A stretch of 64,000 bases of DNA from Leptonemataceae bacterium (GTDB taxonomy: Bacteria > Spirochaetota > Leptospiria > Leptospirales > Leptonemataceae): contig OZ245742.1 of NCBI GenBank assembly GCA_965227295.1, positions 3,008,001-3,072,000 on the forward strand, in the 5' to 3' direction. This document shows positions 49,469 through 59,266 of the stretch, in pieces (within the stretch, counting starts at the first letter, position 1; every line of letters begins with the position of its first letter). Made by a program: the position numbers and the translations under genes. A model generated the notes under the pieces. The model worked only from the letters and a program-made list of their open reading frames with translations. It was not told the DNA's origin and did not search any database.

Positions 49469-50056
49469 ATGAGTGCGCAAAACGACGACGCCCGGCCCGC
49501 AAACCCCGGCAGCAGCTATAGCGAAGCGGCAAAGGCCCGCGAGTTTCAGCGCTTCTATCGCGATCATTACGAAATGGGCTTTCGCTATTTGCGGGCGCTC
49601 CGCTTTCCCTACAATTCCCTGCGCGATGTTTTGAGTCATTGCTTTGAGCTGGCCTGGAATCGTTTCGACGAATACCTGAGCTCCGGCAAACCGCAGTACT
49701 GGTTCTACGGCATTCTCAAGAACAAGGCAGGGTACGAACGGCGCAAGTATTCGAAGAACGGCGAGTACCTGGGTCTGGTGGCAGACGATTCCGTCGGCCC
49801 AGGCGATGTTCGGCCCACGCCGGAAAAACAGTTGCTGGATAAAGAGCAGCGTTCTTTTTTTTACGGCACGATCTCGAAGTTGCCGGAGATGTACGCGGAA
49901 GTGGTGAAGCTGCGCCTGGACGGCCATGACTATCGTTTCATCAGCGAGACCCTTGGCATCAGTGTAACCAACGCGCAGACCCGCATGCGGCGGGCCGTCG
50001 TCATGCTGGAGAAGGCGTTCTCCGAGTACCTCGAAGTCTACGGCATAGACGCTTAA
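49469..50056 (+). CDS. ECF RNA polymerase sigma factor
   Basis: Region 2 (FQRFYRDHY...WFYGILKN) and region 4 (LPEMYAEVVKLR...ISETLGIS...RMRRA). Confidence 0.8.
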   Translation: MSAQNDDARPANPGSSYSEAAKAREFQRFYRDHYEMGFRYLRALRFPYNSLRDVLSHCFELAWNRFDEYLSSGKPQYWFYGILKNKAGYERRKYSKNGEYLGLVADDSVGPGDVRPTPEKQLLDKEQRSFFYGTISKLPEMYAEVVKLRLDGHDYRFISETLGISVTNAQTRMRRAVVMLEKAFSEYLEVYGIDA

Positions 50057-50065
50057 ACAGATCCT

Positions 50066-51034
50066 ATGAGACTCAGCCGGGAACAAATTCAACGTGTGCA
50101 ATCGCTTTCGCGGAAAGCGCGCGTGCGTTTACTCTGGCAGGCCGAAGGCATCCTGCCGGAGGGAAGCGACGCGTTCGAAGGCATTGATGCGGACAGCGGC
50201 ATGTACGTACAGGCGGCGTGGCACCAACTGTTTGCGCGCGAGGCCGCGCTGTTGTTTCCGCTGGAGGTCGATGTTCCCGACAGCCGTGCATTGCCGCGGA
50301 GAACGACCGTCCGCCCGGCGAACCGCAGGATTGCAATCGCCGCCGCGGTGGCCTCGGCGTTGTTGATCGCCGTTTTTCTCTGGTTATTCCAAAGCGCGGT
50401 CTTCGATGCACCAGGCTTTCGCGCGGCAAACATGCAAATCGGACAGTCGTCCGTCGTGGCGTCACCGGCCGCGTTCACGCTGCCCGGCGAAAACGGACAG
50501 GCGGAAGGCAATGACGTCTTCTTTTTTGACGGCTTTGCCATGATTGCGCGGACTGCGGACGGCTTCGAAATTTATCCGGCGAATCTGGAAGCCAGGTTCG
50601 AACTGGACGGGGCGCCGGTGCACTTGTTGCTGCGCCATCCGCTCTCGACGGTCCGCGTGACGGGCACAAAGTTTTCCGTGGACTATCGCTATGGATATGG
50701 CGTGATTACCCTGGATGAGGGGAGCCTGGAAGTGCGTCATCATCCTCCGGGGAGTCCTCTCGACGGACCATCAGTTGCGCTCTCCGGCCCCGCGCATTTT
50801 GCCTTCGATGCCGCGAGGGCAACCCGGGCGGAACTGTCCGCTGATCCCGCGGCGGTTCCGGTGCCGACCGGCCCGTCGGCCGTATTTCAGCGCTTCAATT
50901 TACGAGATGGCCGCGTATTCGAGGGGCAGGTGGTGCGGGGCGATCGCGACGGGCTGACACTCCGGACCCGGGATGGGAAGCTGATTACGGTAGCGCGGAG
51001 TAATCTGATCCATAGTGAGGTCTTACGCGAGTGA
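50066..51034 (+). CDS. FecR-domain anti-sigma-like membrane protein
   Basis: Single TM; VRVTGTKFSV...LDEGSLEV; C-term LRDGRVFEG domain. Confidence 0.75.
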   Translation: MRLSREQIQRVQSLSRKARVRLLWQAEGILPEGSDAFEGIDADSGMYVQAAWHQLFAREAALLFPLEVDVPDSRALPRRTTVRPANRRIAIAAAVASALLIAVFLWLFQSAVFDAPGFRAANMQIGQSSVVASPAAFTLPGENGQAEGNDVFFFDGFAMIARTADGFEIYPANLEARFELDGAPVHLLLRHPLSTVRVTGTKFSVDYRYGYGVITLDEGSLEVRHHPPGSPLDGPSVALSGPAHFAFDAARATRAELSADPAAVPVPTGPSAVFQRFNLRDGRVFEGQVVRGDRDGLTLRTRDGKLITVARSNLIHSEVLRE

Positions 51035-51122
51035 TTTTTTTGCGCAGGTGTGATGAAGCTTGCTCTCGCGTCACAATACCAGTAGGGAGAGGTCTCTGGT
51101 TTGCTCAGTTTTTAGTTGCAGT

Positions 51123-52007
51123 ATGCTCGCGAATCGCTTTGTTTCCATAATCGTTATTCTCATTTGCTCTACGTTTCACGCGTTGCATGCCGAAGTTTTG
51201 ATTCTGGAAGATGGTTCCACGGTAGACGGGACAGTGATCCGTGAGGACGCCGTATCCGTAACCATCCGTTCCGGCGACGAAGTGGTTAAGATCGCAAAGG
51301 AAGATGTGCGCGAGTTCCTGTACGAATTCGCAACGGAGCAAGAGCGCCAGGCCGCGATTGCCCGGTTAAAGACGTCGCGCGAAGAGCTCGATGCGCAAAT
51401 GCTGCGAATCATGACACGGAGCGAATTGGAGGCCTTCATCACCGAAGAACGCCGGCGGATCGATGCCGGGATGCAGCCGGCGGGGACTGACTCCGTCGAA
51501 TCAGATAGGCCGGTCGCGGAAGAATTGGAAGGACTTGTGTGGCGGAGTGCGCTGTTGCCGGGGCAAGGGCAGTTGTATGCTGGCCGGGATGTTGCCGGTC
51601 GTGCGTTCGCGATCGGTATGCTTGGAATCGGGACGGTTTTTTTTGCAACCCACCGCGATGTGGTTCGCATGAACGCCGAATACGCCGCGGCGAATTTACG
51701 TACGCGAACGGCTTCCATCTACTCGGCCTGGATTGCATCCCCGCTGCCGGCGGCTCTGGCTTACGCTGACGAAGAGCGAATCTTCCACCGCCGTATCGAG
51801 GCGAGCCGCGACAGACAGGCGGTGTCGATTCTCTTTCTGGGCATCTATGTCTGGAATCTTGTCGATGCGGGTCTGACCTCGTCCGGTGCCGCCCCGGAGG
51901 CGGACGTGGGCTGGAACTTCGACGTTCGCCGCCAGGAAATCCAATCGTTTGCCTCCGAGCGTACGGCGGAGACGCGCACTACCGTGGCCTTCTACTGGAA
52001 ATTCTAA
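51123..52007 (+). CDS. Exported/membrane protein (LEDGSTVDG N-terminal domain; WRSALLPGxGQ motif)
   Basis: Signal peptide, SALLPGQGQLY, YVWNLVDA, terminal aromatic. Confidence 0.7.
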   Translation: MLANRFVSIIVILICSTFHALHAEVLILEDGSTVDGTVIREDAVSVTIRSGDEVVKIAKEDVREFLYEFATEQERQAAIARLKTSREELDAQMLRIMTRSELEAFITEERRRIDAGMQPAGTDSVESDRPVAEELEGLVWRSALLPGQGQLYAGRDVAGRAFAIGMLGIGTVFFATHRDVVRMNAEYAAANLRTRTASIYSAWIASPLPAALAYADEERIFHRRIEASRDRQAVSILFLGIYVWNLVDAGLTSSGAAPEADVGWNFDVRRQEIQSFASERTAETRTTVAFYWKF

Positions 52008-52040
52008 GATGCTTTTGCTGGATGTTAACAGGAGTTCTGT

Positions 52041-52583
52041 ATGTACCCTGGATTGAATCCCGTTCTGGCCTGTACGCTTCCCGTACTGCTGCTGTGTCTC
52101 GGTTGCCGCCTGGAAAATAGCGACGGCGGTACCGTGGGTTTTGCCGCCTCGTCCACGATCCTGAGCATCCTGGCTCAGTCTACGGCCGTGACCGCCACGG
52201 ATACGCAAATCGGACTGTACTGCGGGAGTTCACCCAATGTTTCCGGCGCCCTCGGCGGCTGGACCGGCGTTCGGGAATATTGTAAGGACACGTGCGACGA
52301 CAGTCCGACGGCGCATATGTGCACGATGCACGAACTTGCGATCAGCCTTCAATTCAGTAAGGGCTATGCCTCCTTGAATTATGTTCAGTGGATCGCGGGC
52401 TGGGGCGCGGGCGCCGTGATCGGCGGCCGGATCACGTCCGAGTGTCAGGGATGGACCTCCGCCAGTCCGGTTTACTCCGCCTCAATGGCGGACCTCGACC
52501 TCATTCCTGCCGCGGGTAGTTGCGATCAGAGTCGATCGATCGCCTGTTGCGACTATGTGAGCATTTCGACTCTTACGAATTAA
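52041..52583 (+). CDS. Cys-rich lipoprotein, paralogue 1
   Basis: Lipobox CLGC; TAHMCT, ECQGW, IACCDYV. Confidence 0.75.
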   Translation: MYPGLNPVLACTLPVLLLCLGCRLENSDGGTVGFAASSTILSILAQSTAVTATDTQIGLYCGSSPNVSGALGGWTGVREYCKDTCDDSPTAHMCTMHELAISLQFSKGYASLNYVQWIAGWGAGAVIGGRITSECQGWTSASPVYSASMADLDLIPAAGSCDQSRSIACCDYVSISTLTN

Positions 52584-52657
52584 CTTTTGCAAGCACTCCT
52601 GATCTCGATGCGCTTTTTCGTGCAAACTTACGCTGAATAAAAATTAGAGATTGTCTC

Positions 52658-53182
52658 ATGAAGTCCTGCTTATTGCTTTTGGCCGTTATTGCTTTCTCCG
52701 CTCTCTCCTGCGGATTGGAAAACGACCGTGCAGACATCGGACCCTGGTTCGCATCCTCCACTGCGATCAGTCTGCTTGCCCAGAGTGCCGGGGGAAATGC
52801 CGAGTCCGAAACGAAGGTCGGTGTGTTTTGCAACAGCACCGTCTCGGTATCCGGGGCGGTCGGTGGCTGGTCCGGCGTACAGATCCTGTGCAGCGCGGCG
52901 TGCGATAACAGCTCTACGGCCCATATGTGCACGGCGCCGGAAATCATTTTGAGTCTTCAGTTTCGGAAAGTCGAACTGACCACAGCTCACTGGGTTGCCG
53001 GCTGGGGGGCTGAGGCGGACTCCGGCGGCAATCCTATTACGGAATGCCACGGCTATAGTGTGGCCAACGCAAATCGTGGTTCCGTGGTTGGACCCGCGGG
53101 CAACGCGAGCAGTCAGTCGTGTTCGAGCGTTTTGCCCATCGCCTGCTGTGATTATGTTGCGCTGTCCACTCTTGCGAACTAA
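52658..53182 (+). CDS. Cys-rich lipoprotein, paralogue 2
   Basis: Lipobox ALSC; TAHMCT, ECHGY, IACCDYV. Confidence 0.75.
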   Translation: MKSCLLLLAVIAFSALSCGLENDRADIGPWFASSTAISLLAQSAGGNAESETKVGVFCNSTVSVSGAVGGWSGVQILCSAACDNSSTAHMCTAPEIILSLQFRKVELTTAHWVAGWGAEADSGGNPITECHGYSVANANRGSVVGPAGNASSQSCSSVLPIACCDYVALSTLAN

Positions 53183-53199
53183 TCTTACCTGAATTAAAC

Positions 53200-53943
53200 T
53201 TAGCCGCGGCGTGCCCCGCTCACCGCCGTGGCGCAGCCGAAGAACAACGCGTGCTCGCGCACGTTCTCCAGACCGGCCTCGCGAAATACGGCGGCAATCT
53301 CCGCACAGTTTCGGAAGTTCTCGGTGTAGATGCCGAGCATACGATAGTTGTCCGGATTGCCCAGGCACAGGCGACCGATCCACGGAATCACGCGATGCAG
53401 ATAAAAAAGATACGGCATTCGCAGCCAGGCCGACGACGGCACCGATATTTCCAGAAACACAAAACGCCCGCCGGGTTTCAGTACGTAGCGAAGCAGGCGG
53501 ACCAGGTCGGCGTAACGTTCCGGGGCCAGGGTCTTGAGTCCGAAGTTGCATACCGCGACGTCGAAGCGTTCGCGCAGCTCGGTTTGTTGCGTAAGCGTGA
53601 AGACGTCCGCTTCCTCTACGGCAATCGCGCAACCGCTGCGCGACTGTAAGTGTGCTCCGTGTTCCCCGGCGCGGCGAATCATCTCATGCGAGAAGTCCAC
53701 GCCGAGGACGGCGCCGTGTTTGCCGACGCCGGCCGCCAGTTCGCCGAAGCACTCGCCCATGCCGGTCATGAGGTCCAGAACATGTTCGCCGGAACGTGGT
53801 TGTGCCAGGCGAATGCAGGCACGGCGCCAGAGATGGGCAAAGCCGAAGGACGCAACGAGGTTCACGAATCCGTAGGTGGCGCTCATCTCGTCGAAAAGAT
53901 TTACCAGCGAGGCGTTATCGTACGGAGCCTTTGCATGCGCCAT
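53200..53943 (-). CDS. UbiE/COQ5-like SAM methyltransferase
   Basis: VLDLMTGMGE, VDFS, FGLKT, VLKPGG. Confidence 0.85.
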   Translation of the reverse strand: MAHAKAPYDNASLVNLFDEMSATYGFVNLVASFGFAHLWRRACIRLAQPRSGEHVLDLMTGMGECFGELAAGVGKHGAVLGVDFSHEMIRRAGEHGAHLQSRSGCAIAVEEADVFTLTQQTELRERFDVAVCNFGLKTLAPERYADLVRLLRYVLKPGGRFVFLEISVPSSAWLRMPYLFYLHRVIPWIGRLCLGNPDNYRMLGIYTENFRNCAEIAAVFREAGLENVREHALFFGCATAVSGARRG

Positions 53944-54044
53944 GAGCGATGTTTCGTGTACGGCGATGCGCACGCAAGTGGATCACGCCGGTTCCATCCA
54001 CAAAAGTGATTTACGTTACGCCGTGGTCGCTGATTTCGTAATGC

Positions 54045-55556
54045 ATGCGATTCACGTCGCCGGTGTTTCTGGTTTTCTTTCTACTGGTGTACGTTCTGTT
54101 CTGGAGCGTACCCCGGCGGCGTTTTCGTCTGGCCTTGCTCTACGTCGGCTCGCTCGTTTTTTATGCGATGTGGTCGCTGCCTTTCGGCGCGCACTTTCTG
54201 TTTATGCTCGGCCTGAACTACGAGCTCGTGCGTTCCCTGGCCGCCGCGCGCCGCCGGGGGGACGGTCGCCTCTGGCTCGGTATCATCCTCGTTCTCAACT
54301 TCGGGAACCTGTTCTTTTTTAAGTACTCCCACGCATTTCTGCAGCTGTGGATCGATGCCGGCCTGGGAAGCGCGGCCGTGAGTCCGGCGCTGAGTTTTAC
54401 GGAGTCGATGGTGCTGCCCCTCGCCATCAGCTTTTACACGTTTCAGATGACGGCGTTTGCGGTGGATGTCTATCGTCGCGAGGTGCCGGCGCTGCCCGGG
54501 TACTTCGACTACGCCGTGTTCATTTTGTTTTTTCCGCAGCTCGTGGCCGGGCCCATCATGCGGCACGGGGATTTCCTCGGCCAACTGCAACGTCTGGATC
54601 AGCTCCGACCGCCGCCGGAACGGACCACCGGGGGCATGTATTTATTGATGCAGGGTCTCACGAAAAAGATTCTCATTGCCGATAACCTGGCGCTGCATAC
54701 CGTGCCCGTCTTTTACGATCCGGGCGGTTACGATGCCGGGACGTTGCTCATCGCCACGTTCGGCTACGCGGCGCAGCTCTACTGTGATTTCTCGGGTTAC
54801 ACGGACATTGCCCGCGGCCTGGGCAAACTGCTCGGCCTGGAGTTGCCGGAGAACTTTCGCGGTCCGTACCTGAACACCAGCATCCGGGATTTCTGGCAGA
54901 CCTGGCACATCACACTCACCGCCTGGATTCGAGATTACGTGTACATTCCCCTGGGCGGCAATCGCGTCTCCATGCTGCGGCGCGCGTTCAACACGGTCTT
55001 CACGCTGCTTTTGATCGGTATCTGGCACGGCGCCGGTTATAACTTCTTCGCCCTCGGCCTGGTCAACGGCCTGTTGTTGATCGGAGAGGACTGGCTGGCC
55101 GGCGTGGTTCGTTCCGCGGCCCGGCTGGTGGGGCTCAGTGTGCCGGAGCACGGGCTGGTGCGTAGCGTGCTGACGATCGCCCAGGTCATGATTACGTTCA
55201 GCATTGTCGCGCTGGTGATGATCATGTTGATCACGCCGGACTTTTCCCATACGCTGCTTGTTTACCGGCGCATCTTTACTCTGGCCGGTGGAAATAGTTC
55301 GGAGGCCGTGAACGAGATCTTTCCGCTCTTGATCGTCTTCACGTTCGTCCTGAACGGACTGCAACGGCCCATCTGGTTCAGCAACGTCAAGGACCGGCCG
55401 CCGGGACCGGAGAACCGGACCATCGGCCAGGCCGTGGCGGATTCGCTGAGCCCGCGCACGCGTTTGCTTGCGCTCTGGATTCTGGGCCTGGCCTTGCTGC
55501 TCGCCCTGGGCCGCTTCGCCCCGCAGGGGGCGGACTTCATCTACTTCCAATTTTAA
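54045..55556 (+). CDS. MBOAT family O-acyltransferase (AlgI/DltB-like)
   Basis: LPLAISFYTFQ, FFPQLVAGPI, DFSGYTDIA, YIPLGGNR, GIWHGA. Confidence 0.93.
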   Translation: MRFTSPVFLVFFLLVYVLFWSVPRRRFRLALLYVGSLVFYAMWSLPFGAHFLFMLGLNYELVRSLAAARRRGDGRLWLGIILVLNFGNLFFFKYSHAFLQLWIDAGLGSAAVSPALSFTESMVLPLAISFYTFQMTAFAVDVYRREVPALPGYFDYAVFILFFPQLVAGPIMRHGDFLGQLQRLDQLRPPPERTTGGMYLLMQGLTKKILIADNLALHTVPVFYDPGGYDAGTLLIATFGYAAQLYCDFSGYTDIARGLGKLLGLELPENFRGPYLNTSIRDFWQTWHITLTAWIRDYVYIPLGGNRVSMLRRAFNTVFTLLLIGIWHGAGYNFFALGLVNGLLLIGEDWLAGVVRSAARLVGLSVPEHGLVRSVLTIAQVMITFSIVALVMIMLITPDFSHTLLVYRRIFTLAGGNSSEAVNEIFPLLIVFTFVLNGLQRPIWFSNVKDRPPGPENRTIGQAVADSLSPRTRLLALWILGLALLLALGRFAPQGADFIYFQF

Positions 55557-55562
55557 GTTAAC

Positions 55563-56669
55563 ATGTTATTAAGTCACAAACATCTACTGCTGCCGCTGAT
55601 CTTTCTTGCGAGTTACCTGGCCCTGGATCGGGTGTTCGCCTTGCCGGCGGTGCGCCGGCATACGCAGCACTGGACGAACGTTGAGGACGTGTTCTACGAA
55701 ACCCGGGAGCGTCTGTTTCAGCTTCTGAAACAGGAACATCGCGAGCACCCTGACGAAGAGCTGGTACTGGTCTTCGGTTCGTCGCGGTCGGCCCCGTTTC
55801 CGCCGGCCTGGTTTGCGGAGCACGTTCCCGATGCGCGGCTCTACAACTTCAGCGCGCCCAGCGCGGCCCCGTCGTACTACGCCTACTGGCTGGGGCATAT
55901 CGCGGCCCTTGTGCCGGAACCGAAGATTCGCGCGGCCGTCGTGGAGATCGACAGCGGTCTTTTTTCCCGGGCCGCGCTCCAGCCGTCTCTGGCCTACGCC
56001 TACGATCCCGCGTTCATGCTGCGGCACCTGGACGTCCTGGGAACCGGGGAGGGCTTTGCTTTGAGCGCCGCGGAAACGTTTTTTCTGAAGCGCGCCTTTG
56101 CAAGCTACCGCTATCCCGTGAAAATTTCCAACGTAATCGACAATCACAAGAAGTTAACGTTCTTTGAAGACGGGGAGATCATCGAGACCAATCAACTCGC
56201 CATTCGGGATCGTCTGTTCGTGCTCATGGACCGGAACTTCGACGCCTTCCGCGGCGGCATCCCGTACCCCGTGCCGAACCGCGTGCCGCCCCACGAGCTC
56301 GAGGCCCACGCCGATCGGACGATGCTGCGCTACGCCGCCGCCGCGAAACCCCTGCCGTCTCAGCTTTATTTCTTTGAACTAACGCTGGAACATCTGGCCG
56401 CCCGGGACGTGCCGGTGCTGTTGTACTGGCCCGTGGTGTCGGAGCCGCTGCGTCGTCGCATGGTGGAGGCGAATCTCGTGGCTCCGTACAAAAATCGAAT
56501 AATAAATATCTTAGAAGATGTAGTTAAGAAATTCCCGGGCGCGCGCATCACCTTGATTGACCCCAACGACGACCCGGAGTTCGGCTGCCGGGTGTTCTCG
56601 GATTCCTTTCACCTGGAGGGCGCGTGTTACGGTGAGCTTTCGGAGTATCTCTGGAGTCGAATGCCGTAA
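55563..56669 (+). CDS. DUF1574/SGNH-like partner of MBOAT
   Basis: VFGSSRS, YNFS, FSDSFHL. Confidence 0.75.
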   Translation: MLLSHKHLLLPLIFLASYLALDRVFALPAVRRHTQHWTNVEDVFYETRERLFQLLKQEHREHPDEELVLVFGSSRSAPFPPAWFAEHVPDARLYNFSAPSAAPSYYAYWLGHIAALVPEPKIRAAVVEIDSGLFSRAALQPSLAYAYDPAFMLRHLDVLGTGEGFALSAAETFFLKRAFASYRYPVKISNVIDNHKKLTFFEDGEIIETNQLAIRDRLFVLMDRNFDAFRGGIPYPVPNRVPPHELEAHADRTMLRYAAAAKPLPSQLYFFELTLEHLAARDVPVLLYWPVVSEPLRRRMVEANLVAPYKNRIINILEDVVKKFPGARITLIDPNDDPEFGCRVFSDSFHLEGACYGELSEYLWSRMP

Positions 56670-56745
56670 CTCAGGCCTGGATCGCCGCCGATTCCCGCCA
56701 AAAACCTGCTTTTCAAATACGCACCCGCGTCGGATCACTGACCTG

Positions 56746-57723
56746 ATGTCGCGGATCAACGCCGATCAGTTCGAAGCACTTCTGTTTCAGGAAATCCGCG
56801 ATATCTACGGCCAGGGCCTGCCGTATTTCCAGCCTTTGCGGGTGCTGGGTTCCACCGTCGGCTACGACTTCGGCGTCTACGGCGACTACTGGAAGCTCGA
56901 AATCGAAGGCCGCCAGCTCGACTCGCACATTCTGCGCGGCCTGTTGCCGGTGCAACGTCGGGCTCTGCTGCCGAACAAGTACCAGAGCGTGTTCCTGCGC
57001 ATCGAACATCCGCAGCACGTCACCTCATCGCGCTCAAAAAATCCGGAGGTCTATCAGGACTGGAAGGACGCGGGTTATCGCGGCTACTACCGGTTCGAGC
57101 CGGACGACCTTGAGTGCCGACGCCTCTCGGAGCTGGAGCGAAACCTGGGGGATACGGGCACGGTGATGTATGCGTCGCCGGCGTTTACGACCACGCGCGA
57201 GGCGGACATCGCCCGGGCGGCGGGGACCGTGTTGCAACAAACGCACTTTCAGTCGCCGGGCGCGCTCCTGCATCAGGAGTTCTACGCGTACGGGGACGCC
57301 CACGGGGCCGGCAAGGTCTATCCCGGCGAGCGGGAAATCGCGGCGGTGAAGTTTCTGCGCGAGGTCATCGAGCTGCGCCATGCCGCGGACGTGGAGCCTT
57401 TCCTGGTGCATCTCGCGCGGGTGTGGGACGTCATCGTACACGTCGCCGATTCTTTCGCGGACGCCGACGAAGAGGACCGCGACGATCCCTACGACCCCGC
57501 CGTGGATCGCAAGCTTGCGCAGGAAGCCCTCGGCGAGGCGGCGCGGCTGCCCGCGGAACCGTTACATATTTTAGGAGAAGGTCGCATCACGTTGCCGCAC
57601 TTCCACGAGGAAGACGACCGCGTGCGGCCCATCGATCTGGAATCGTTCGGGGCGGCGGTCTTCGCCGTGCATCGTCTGGCGCGGGAAAAGTTCGGCTGCG
57701 TGTGGACGGTATTTTATAGTTAA
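56746..57723 (+). CDS. Hypothetical protein, possibly restriction-endonuclease-like fold
   Basis: VGYD...VFLRIEHP...YYRF...VMYASPAF. Confidence 0.6.
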   Translation: MSRINADQFEALLFQEIRDIYGQGLPYFQPLRVLGSTVGYDFGVYGDYWKLEIEGRQLDSHILRGLLPVQRRALLPNKYQSVFLRIEHPQHVTSSRSKNPEVYQDWKDAGYRGYYRFEPDDLECRRLSELERNLGDTGTVMYASPAFTTTREADIARAAGTVLQQTHFQSPGALLHQEFYAYGDAHGAGKVYPGEREIAAVKFLREVIELRHAADVEPFLVHLARVWDVIVHVADSFADADEEDRDDPYDPAVDRKLAQEALGEAARLPAEPLHILGEGRITLPHFHEEDDRVRPIDLESFGAAVFAVHRLAREKFGCVWTVFYS

Positions 57724-57735
57724 GGGTTTATTCTT

Positions 57736-58470
57736 ATGATTGAAATGTTTTCTGATCCTAACACGTACGTGGCGTTACTTACGCTGACGTTGCTGGAAAT
57801 CGTCCTCGGGATCGACAACATCGTTTTTATTTCGATTCTCTCCGGGAAGCTGCCGAAGGAGCAGCAAAACAAGGCGCGCCTCCTGGGCCTCGGTCTTGCG
57901 ATGGGCATGCGCATCTTACTATTGCTTTCGATTTCCTGGATCATGCGCCTCACCGAGCCGCTGTTTACGGTGCTCGACCACGACATCTCGGGCAAGTCGT
58001 TGATTCTTCTCGGCGGCGGCCTCTTCTTGATTGCGAAGTCGACGTTCGAGATTCACGAGAAGATGGAAGTGGCCGGCTCTCCGCACGAGACGAACATCAA
58101 GGTCAGCTCGTTTGCGTCCGTGATTACGCAAATCATCCTGCTGGACCTGGTCTTTTCTCTGGATTCCGTCATCACCGCCGTCGGCATGACGGACAAAATT
58201 CCCGTTATGATCATCGCCATCGTCATTGCCGTGGGCATCATGATGATTTCCGCCGGTCCGGTGTCGAACTTCGTGGAGCGTCACCCGACGGTGAAGATCC
58301 TGGCGTTGAGTTTCTTGATTCTAATCGGCGTCGCGTTGCTGGGCGAAGGCCTCGAACTGCACATTCCGAAAGGATACATCTACTTCGCCATGGGCTTCTC
58401 CGTGGTGGTCGAAATGATCAACCTGCGCGTCCGCGGCAGCAAGACGGCGGGGAAGAAAGCGGCGCATTAA
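57736..58470 (+). CDS. TerC family membrane protein
   Basis: LEIVLGIDN, DLVFSLDSVITAVG, HPTVKILALSFL, PKGYIY. Confidence 0.93.
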   Translation: MIEMFSDPNTYVALLTLTLLEIVLGIDNIVFISILSGKLPKEQQNKARLLGLGLAMGMRILLLLSISWIMRLTEPLFTVLDHDISGKSLILLGGGLFLIAKSTFEIHEKMEVAGSPHETNIKVSSFASVITQIILLDLVFSLDSVITAVGMTDKIPVMIIAIVIAVGIMMISAGPVSNFVERHPTVKILALSFLILIGVALLGEGLELHIPKGYIYFAMGFSVVVEMINLRVRGSKTAGKKAAH

Positions 58471-58493
58471 ATTCTACACAGGGAATGTTAAGA

Positions 58494-59258
58494 ATGAATT
58501 CTCGAATTGTTGTCTTGTTTGCGGCGGTCGCTTTCGCCGCGGTCGGTTGCGGCGGCCCACTGGCTGAGGCGCGCATGTGTCAGAAGCTCGAAGGCGGGGA
58601 GTGTCCCGAGGGCCTGGAGATGTTCGTGCGCACGGCGAAGCGTTTGTATCTGAGCGGTCATCCGAACGTGGGAGCCGGCGCCGGCATTGAAGTGGACGTG
58701 CTGTATCTCCCGGAACCGGAAACGCCGGAGAGTGTTTACAACACGGTCTTCGAAGTGCCCGAGGGTGACGGGCCGGTGGCGATTCCCCTGGAACCGGGGC
58801 GGCTGAAGGTCGGATCGTATCGCCTGGTGGCGGGGGAGGCGGGCGCGGAGCCGGCCCTGGCCATGGAGTTCAGCGTCTGGAACACCCAGGCGGAGATTGA
58901 TGCGTTGCGCGAACTGGGTGACAAACGCGGTGCGATTCTCACGAGCATTCGCGTTTGCAAAGAAGCGGTGGACAACGAGTGCGAAGAAAGCTTCGAAAGC
59001 ATGCCGCACGGACAGAAGCAGTTTCATCTTACGTTTCACTACGACGATGTCATCGACGGCACCGAGGTTTCGATCGAATGGCTACGCAACGGCAAACGCA
59101 TCCACTTTCAAAAGAATCCGGCGGATTCCAGCAGCGGTCGCATGTGGGCGATGATCGGTCTTAAGAACTCGCCCATGGCCCGCGGAAAGTACGAGGCGCG
59201 CATTACGGCTTCGAAGAGCAAGCAGGGGATGTTGCGGAAGACGTGGGTGGTGAAGTAG
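58494..59258 (+). CDS. Lipoprotein with two Ig-like repeats
   Basis: Lipobox AVGC; two CxxxxxxEC-initiated beta domains. Confidence 0.65.
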   Translation: MNSRIVVLFAAVAFAAVGCGGPLAEARMCQKLEGGECPEGLEMFVRTAKRLYLSGHPNVGAGAGIEVDVLYLPEPETPESVYNTVFEVPEGDGPVAIPLEPGRLKVGSYRLVAGEAGAEPALAMEFSVWNTQAEIDALRELGDKRGAILTSIRVCKEAVDNECEESFESMPHGQKQFHLTFHYDDVIDGTEVSIEWLRNGKRIHFQKNPADSSSGRMWAMIGLKNSPMARGKYEARITASKSKQGMLRKTWVVK

Positions 59259-59266
59259 GGGGAGGC

